64,000 nt of DNA, from assembly GCA_029245725.1 (NCBI GenBank), contig JAQWOT010000186.1:15679-79678 (forward strand). The letters are read 5' to 3'. The notes below the pieces were generated by a model. The model was given only the letters and a program-made list of their open reading frames with translations. It ran no database searches and was not told where the DNA came from. The number at the start of each line of letters is the position of its first letter. The first letter of the stretch is position 1. The stretch comes from SAR324 cluster bacterium. Lineage in GTDB: Bacteria; SAR324; NAC60-12. The position numbers and the translations under genes were made by a program. Shown one piece after another: positions 58,715 through 64,000 of the stretch.

Positions 58715-59362
58715 ATGATTAATCAAATATCAACAAGAATTCTATGCACTAGCATTGGGGTTTTATTGTTATCCACAACCACGCCATTAAATTCCAATGC
58801 TTCCTCATTAAACGACAAGGATTTTCAAATCCAAGCGATTGTACTCTCAAATCTAGGTCCTGGGCTTAGTTTCAGTTACAGATTCAATGAAAACCTATGG
58901 CTCAGTCTTGAAGGTCAAACTTTAGCTGGAGATATGTCTGAAGATTCAAATGATGGTTTGGCTACTGAAAAATCAGGGTTTGATAGTCAGACCTCCTATC
59001 TGAATATCAGATACTACCTTGCATCTGTGGATGGTTTGTTTTTCCAAACTGGATTGATCAACAGGGATTGGGAAGCGAAGAAGGAGATATACAGCAAGCA
59101 GAATGGTGAAAGAAAGGCTGTTTACAGAGTAGATTATCCAGAAGATGGATATAATCTTGGAATTGGTAAAAACTGGACTTTCAACAGTGGGCTGACGACA
59201 TCAATAACTTTTGTCAGATTAATCACTGGTGAACCATCGATAAACTATGAACTTGGAAATAATTGGGAATGCGAAAGCGCTTGTCAGGCAGATTTTGAGA
59301 GCGATGTAAATAAGTATTCCCCAAAAAATGTACTGTTTTTAAGTGTTGGTTATAGTTTCTAA
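58715..59362 (+). CDS. Outer-membrane beta-barrel protein (small, OmpW/OmpA-TM-like) in an AT-rich patch
   Basis: Signal peptide, alternating amphipathic strands, and a C-terminal ...LSVGYSF aromatic terminus. GC is low relative to the flanks. Confidence 0.45.
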   Translation: MINQISTRILCTSIGVLLLSTTTPLNSNASSLNDKDFQIQAIVLSNLGPGLSFSYRFNENLWLSLEGQTLAGDMSEDSNDGLATEKSGFDSQTSYLNIRYYLASVDGLFFQTGLINRDWEAKKEIYSKQNGERKAVYRVDYPEDGYNLGIGKNWTFNSGLTTSITFVRLITGEPSINYELGNNWECESACQADFESDVNKYSPKNVLFLSVGYSF

Positions 59363-59460
59363 ATCACAATGAGCGTCCTCTTTATTTTTACCAATCCAAC
59401 AACAAAACTCTTCTCCAATTCCTGCCAATTTTTCGGGTCCCAACTTCTGAGCATTGTCTT

Positions 59461-60084
59461 CTACGAAAACCTAATGGCTCCTTCATCAAGCCATTTCCAC
59501 AAGACCAGGCAGGCTGTACTGCGATAAGGCCGCCACGGTTGAATGATGGCCTCTATTTGTGGTTCACTCAGCTCTTCTTCCTCGTACAGCAGTCGGATCG
59601 CTTTTTTCAGACTGACATCTCCCCAGACAAAGACATCCGGATGGTGGAGGTAAAACAGCGCAAAGATGCTGGCGCTCCAGATGCCAATGCCCTTAAATCT
59701 TTGTAGTGTTTCCAGCACGTCTTCAGAAGACATTTCCCTCAGCTCTTCAATCAGGTCAGGCTGCTCTTCAAATGCTTGGGCGATCAGCGTGATGTACCGC
59801 GCCTTGACGTTGGAAAGTCCACAGGTCAACAGTTCTTCCTTGGAAGAGTTGAGAACCATGGCAGGCGTGATGACGGAATCCTCAAACTTTTGCTTCAACC
59901 TGCGATAGATGGTGTAGGCCGCAGCGCTGGAGAGCTGCTGTCCGGCAATGATGCGAATCAACGACTCAAAATTGGCCTCTCGTGGTTCTGGAGGTTGTGG
60001 TTGCAGGTGCTGGATCACTACTCGCAGAACTGGATCTGACCCTAAAAGGTGCTGCAGTCCTCTGTCAAAATACAAGGTGCCCAC
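59461..60084 (-). CDS. HhH-GPD DNA glycosylase (AlkA/3-methyladenine glycosylase II-like, short form)
   Basis: Helix-hairpin-helix LQRFKGIGIWSASIF followed by the WGDVSLKKA Asp motif. Confidence 0.65.
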   Translation of the reverse strand: MGTLYFDRGLQHLLGSDPVLRVVIQHLQPQPPEPREANFESLIRIIAGQQLSSAAAYTIYRRLKQKFEDSVITPAMVLNSSKEELLTCGLSNVKARYITLIAQAFEEQPDLIEELREMSSEDVLETLQRFKGIGIWSASIFALFYLHHPDVFVWGDVSLKKAIRLLYEEEELSEPQIEAIIQPWRPYRSTACLVLWKWLDEGAIRFS

Positions 60085-60579
60085 GCTGAATTTCTCTGGT
60101 TATCAGTTTTTGGTAAGTGTGGATGCCGGCTCCTTTGAGGAGCTATGGGATGCAAAGATTTTTTATGATGATCCTTTGACAGAGTAGTTGGATTTTTCAA
60201 GCTTGCTGACTTTTTCTGGAGTGAACCGACATCTCTGTTTTTTTCACTGACCCTTGAGTTCAACCTACTGGACCTATGCCTAAAAAAATGTCTCTGCGTC
60301 AGGAAAGTTCCCAGTTGGAGAGCTGAGATCGCTTTGAGAAGCTGAAAAACTCCTACCCAAAGTTCTGAGAACCTTTGCCGATTCGCAAGTAAGTTTGGAT
60401 TCAATGAGGCCTCAAAAATCCTCGCCCATTGGCAGATCGTCGAGTCCGCACTGCTTTGAAAAACCCTCGCCCGTTTTGGGAGAGGGGGGACCACGTCAGT
60501 GGTGGGTGAGGGATTGATCTGAACGGAAAAACGAGGAAATTGAGCAGTTTGAAGTAGCCCCTCATCCAGCCTTCAGCCA

Positions 60580-61971
60580 CCTTCTCCCTGATGGCATAAG
60601 TATCTACACAACTCTGAGTCCATCGATTTGAAAGGAAGAGGATGCTAAAAAAAACTCACCAACTTAGATGCACGTCTTTGTCGTCGCTATGAGCAGCTGG
60701 TCACCGAGAGCATGAATGCGAGTGAAGCCCTCAGTGCGGGCCTCAAGGCCATCCCGAACAAAATCAGTAGTTTCGCCAGCACGCAGGCGGCTTGGCGGTT
60801 TTATAAAAATGAAGCCGTCACGCTGAGCAAACTGCAAGAACCCCTGACGGCAGCGGCCCACGCTGGGATCCAGCAACAGTGTGGCGCATATGCCTTATGC
60901 GTCCATGATTGGTCGAAACTACGTTATCGGCATCGCAACAAGCCCGATATTTATCCAAGGACACATCCCGACGATCTGGGCTACGAGTTACAAACCAGCT
61001 TGATCCTCAGCGATCAAACGGGAAACCCGATCGCACCGGTAGCCCAACTTCTCATCAGCGCAGACGGGAGTTACGCTACCTATGGTGACGATGGCCCGCC
61101 AGAGCCGTTGGTGCAGAATCATTTGGACGAAGTGAGTGATTGCATCGCGCACCTCGAACAACAAAACTTCACCCGGCCTTTGGTTCATGTGATGGACCGC
61201 GAAGCCGACTCCATTGGCCATCTGCGCCGCTGGGAGGCCGAGGGTACTCACTGGCTCGTGCGCGCCAAGGGCAACCCCACCGTTGAGCTGCAAGGCACGT
61301 CGATGGCCTGTAAGGCCGTCGCAGGCAAGCTCGAATATCGTCAGGCGCACCCAGTGACCGACGAGGAACAAAAACGTCAGCTATGGATTGCCGAAGCCGA
61401 GATGACCCTTCGTCGGCCAGCCAAACCCTATTCAAAGAACGGCAAAAGAACGCTCGTTCCGGGGCCCCCGGTGACGGCTCGCCTGGTGGTATCTCGCATC
61501 TTGTCCGACCTCGGAGAGGTCGAGGCCGAATGGTTGTTGCTGAGCAATGTAAAAGACATCGATGCCTCGACGCTTGCGCTTTGGGATTACTGGCGCTGGA
61601 AAATCGAGACGTTCTTCAAACTCATGAAATCGGCTGGACACCAACTGGAAGCGTGGCAACAGGAATCGGCCCTAGCAATTGCCAAACGCTTATTGGTTGC
61701 CAGCATGGCTTGTGTGACCGTCTGGGCCATTGCTGCCGACGAAAGCCAGGAGGTTGACGAACTCAGAGGGTTTTTGGTTAAACTTAGTGGACGACAAATG
61801 CGACATCAGAAGACCGTCACCCATCCGGCTTTATTGGCTGGACTCTGGGTGCTGCTCTCCCTGTTCGAACTCATGCAGAGTTATTCTCCACACGAACTAG
61901 AGCGTTTTCGAAAAACCGCTCAAAACCTCTGCTCCAAGGATGTGTAGATACTTATGCCCTCAGGGAGAAGG
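60580..61971 (+). mobile_element. IS4-family (IS50/Tn5-like) insertion sequence, 1392 bp, complete
   Basis: 31-bp imperfect terminal inverted repeats: 60580-60610 CCTTCTCCCTGATGGCATAAGTATCTACACA, and its reverse complement at 61941-61971 with 1 mismatch. They flank a single transposase ORF. Confidence 0.8.
60712..61947 (+). CDS. IS4-family DDE transposase
   Basis: HVMDREADS (the second catalytic Asp, as in the Tn5 transposase VCDREAD) and the YREK-like block RWKIETFFKLMK (Tn5: RWRIEEFHKAWK). Confidence 0.8.
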   Translation: MNASEALSAGLKAIPNKISSFASTQAAWRFYKNEAVTLSKLQEPLTAAAHAGIQQQCGAYALCVHDWSKLRYRHRNKPDIYPRTHPDDLGYELQTSLILSDQTGNPIAPVAQLLISADGSYATYGDDGPPEPLVQNHLDEVSDCIAHLEQQNFTRPLVHVMDREADSIGHLRRWEAEGTHWLVRAKGNPTVELQGTSMACKAVAGKLEYRQAHPVTDEEQKRQLWIAEAEMTLRRPAKPYSKNGKRTLVPGPPVTARLVVSRILSDLGEVEAEWLLLSNVKDIDASTLALWDYWRWKIETFFKLMKSAGHQLEAWQQESALAIAKRLLVASMACVTVWAIAADESQEVDELRGFLVKLSGRQMRHQKTVTHPALLAGLWVLLSLFELMQSYSPHELERFRKTAQNLCSKDV

Positions 61972-62022
61972 AAGGCTTAGGGCAAAGGCTCCGGTCAGGA
62001 TGCAGTGAGTACGAGACTTGGC

Positions 62023-63924
62023 TCAGGGGGCTTGGACATTACCCACTGGTGAGGAGAGTGATGAATTATCGGACAGATTCACTGCACGGACGGCATAGTT
62101 GAAATAATCCCCTGACGTTAGTGATGAGTCGAGATGATTGCTGGGACTCACGCTGATCTTGTTGTCATTCAGATCCACCACGGTCGGGCTCACGGTAGCC
62201 CCACCCAAATCTCTCCGATAGATTTCATAGCTCGCCAGCTCGTTGCGTGACAAGGCGTCCCAGTTGAGCTGGATCTCCCCGGTAGCCCCCTGGGTGGCCG
62301 TCAGGTTCTGAGGCACACTTGGGGTGTTGACCAATGGAGACCAGTTGGTCCAGGAGCCGTTGTCATTGGTGTTGAAGCGCAGCAAAAACGATTCTCGGCT
62401 GAAGTTCTCCGTATTTTGATAGGTCTGCTCAGCAACCTTGCATCCTGACGAATCGTAACTATCGATTGTAAACGACTTGGGAAGAGGGGTGCCGCCATTG
62501 GTCCATGCAAAAATATTAATCAGCGCGGCAGCGTTGCCATCAGGCAGGACCGAGGAAAAATCACCCCAACTACCAGATCCAGATCCACTGTAGTTTCCTC
62601 TGATGTTACGCCCACTCAGGCGAGTTCCAAAGTTTGAAGAGATGTCAAATTTGAACATCCCCATAGGAGAAGCATTCACACTCTCACACATCAGCCAGAT
62701 AGCGCTCTCATCTGGGGTTACTGCCATCGAATGGCATGTGAGGGGTCCAGCGGGATTGCCTCGATACTCCATTCTACCCTGATCTACTTTAACATTGTTG
62801 AACCCACCGCTCGAGCATCCTTGCTGAGACGCGAGATAAAAATTCGGTTCTTGGTTTTCAACTACGGTTCCATCACCAGCTAACTTTTTGAGTCTAACCT
62901 TAGATTCTATTGTAACATTGTCATCACGGTAATTGACAAGAAGTGTGGAGTTATCTCGGAGAGCATGGACATGTACCCCACTTCCATAACTTGTATTTTT
63001 TCTGTAATAAACACCGGTGTCATGTGCCCAGGCAAAACTCCCATTGTCCAGGAATTTTGTGATGATTATTCTATCTCTAGCATTTGCATCATAATTATCA
63101 TGCTGGGTAAACGTGAAGTTATCACCCAAGCTTGGATCACCAAAAGTCACCGTATAATTGTCGGTACAACCAGGGCTGCAAGAATAGGGTCTACTAGATC
63201 CGAATGCGATCACCACAGATCCATCGGGAGAGACATCCAGTAGATTTGGACCCGGACCGGTTTCAATTGCCCATCCACGGTCAAGTGTTTGGTCACTTTT
63301 ACCCTTCACGGACTTCACACTATGTGTATTTCCTGAAATTAACTTCACCCAAACCCAATTACCCGCTGAATCCAGCTTCCCCAAAAATGCGGCGTTGTTA
63401 TTAGGGGCAATATTGGAGTTACTGTAGTTTGCGAAGCTCAGCGTTACGTTATCCGTCGCGGTTGGAAAGACCAGATCCGTATAGTGTTGCAGCCATCCTA
63501 AGACGAAAGAACCGCCATCTGGTGCCAAAGCGATCGCTTCGACTGCCGAGTGGGCACTGACATGCATATAATTGCCGTTATCACCCGTAAGACCGGAAGC
63601 AGCGGTTCCAGCCGCTACTGAGCTGGCCCAAAGCAGCTTGCCGTCCTTGTCCAGTTTCCCAACAAAAGCGTTCGTCGCACATAAATCCTGCAAGGCATCA
63701 CCATCATCAATGCAGGGATAAGTAATGGTGTTTCCTGACTTATCGTTAGCCTTGAAATTCCCTGAACCTCCCTGAGCCCGACCCGCCATCAGGACGGAAC
63801 CGTCCGGCAGTGCTGCCAGCTCCGAAACAAGGAAGCCTCTATAAACGTAAGTACTATAACCTCTGTGACCCCGGTCTGGTTGCCAGACCCAGGACCAGTT
63901 ACCGTTCTCCGTTTTGGCAACCAT
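62023..63924 (-). CDS. Cell-surface protein with SBBP-type beta-propeller repeats and a C-terminal fibronectin type III domain; N-terminus may extend beyond the window
   Basis: Repeated AFVGKLDKDGKLLWAS-like units and a C-terminal PSVPQNLTATQGATGEIQLNWDA...YEIYRR FN3 signature. Confidence 0.5.
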   Translation of the reverse strand: MVAKTENGNWSWVWQPDRGHRGYSTYVYRGFLVSELAALPDGSVLMAGRAQGGSGNFKANDKSGNTITYPCIDDGDALQDLCATNAFVGKLDKDGKLLWASSVAAGTAASGLTGDNGNYMHVSAHSAVEAIALAPDGGSFVLGWLQHYTDLVFPTATDNVTLSFANYSNSNIAPNNNAAFLGKLDSAGNWVWVKLISGNTHSVKSVKGKSDQTLDRGWAIETGPGPNLLDVSPDGSVVIAFGSSRPYSCSPGCTDNYTVTFGDPSLGDNFTFTQHDNYDANARDRIIITKFLDNGSFAWAHDTGVYYRKNTSYGSGVHVHALRDNSTLLVNYRDDNVTIESKVRLKKLAGDGTVVENQEPNFYLASQQGCSSGGFNNVKVDQGRMEYRGNPAGPLTCHSMAVTPDESAIWLMCESVNASPMGMFKFDISSNFGTRLSGRNIRGNYSGSGSGSWGDFSSVLPDGNAAALINIFAWTNGGTPLPKSFTIDSYDSSGCKVAEQTYQNTENFSRESFLLRFNTNDNGSWTNWSPLVNTPSVPQNLTATQGATGEIQLNWDALSRNELASYEIYRRDLGGATVSPTVVDLNDNKISVSPSNHLDSSLTSGDYFNYAVRAVNLSDNSSLSSPVGNVQAP

Positions 63925-64000
63925 GAAGCCTTTCTTACTAACTGTAAGGTTGCCAAGACTGTATGGCGCGAAAGTAAAACCGGAGGAGGCAGCCCACTCC

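Noticed and set aside
1-64000. CRISPR arrays, rRNA or tRNA genes
   Set aside because: I saw no regularly spaced direct repeats. I noticed no tRNA T-loop (GGTTCGAATCC-like) or rRNA signatures by eye. A proper tRNAscan or Rfam scan is still needed.

Overview
This 64-kb window is a chromosomal segment from a diderm (Gram-negative-type) bacterium. I infer that from the lipid-A acyltransferase family gene, the LpoA-like protein, an outer-membrane beta-barrel protein and periplasmic cytochrome c4. Most of the window is housekeeping DNA at roughly 52-56% GC with compact, often overlapping genes. The genes recognised by motif are: aspartate-semialdehyde dehydrogenase (asd), uroporphyrinogen-III synthase (hemD), phosphoserine phosphatase (serB), polyphosphate kinase 2 (ppk2), enolase (eno), mreB, infA, an ABC exporter, citrate synthase (gltA), prmC, folB, glutamine-dependent nadE, a PomA/MotA-type stator gene followed by two tandem PomB/MotB paralogs, a compact UvrD-like helicase, Hsp33 (hslO), aroB, selB, ilvD, dihaem cytochrome c4, uppP, trmFO, a small heat-shock protein (Hsp20) and an RluA-family pseudouridine synthase. 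Three patches have clearly lower GC and look acquired. The first (~8.9-9.8 kb) is AT-rich DNA carrying a zinc-ribbon/coiled-coil gene. The second (31.6-37.3 kb) is a 5.6-kb island encoding a CUT1-type sugar ABC uptake system (binding protein and two permeases, no ATPase), a beta-propeller glycoside-hydrolase-like protein and a short-chain dehydrogenase. It is flanked on one side by a frameshifted major-facilitator (MFS) transporter pseudogene and on the other by a purH homolog that lacks the IMP-cyclohydrolase domain. The third (58.6-59.4 kb) encodes an outer-membrane beta-barrel protein. A complete IS4-family (Tn5/IS50-like) insertion sequence with 31-bp inverted repeats lies at 60.58-61.97 kb, next to an SBBP-repeat/fibronectin-III surface-protein gene that runs to the window edge. 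I recognised no rRNA, tRNA or CRISPR array by eye. The most interesting loci are the stator-plus-helicase cluster, the low-GC sugar island with its decayed flanks, the orphan selB, and several tightly linked clusters of uncharacterised genes. I found no obvious multi-gene defence cassette.
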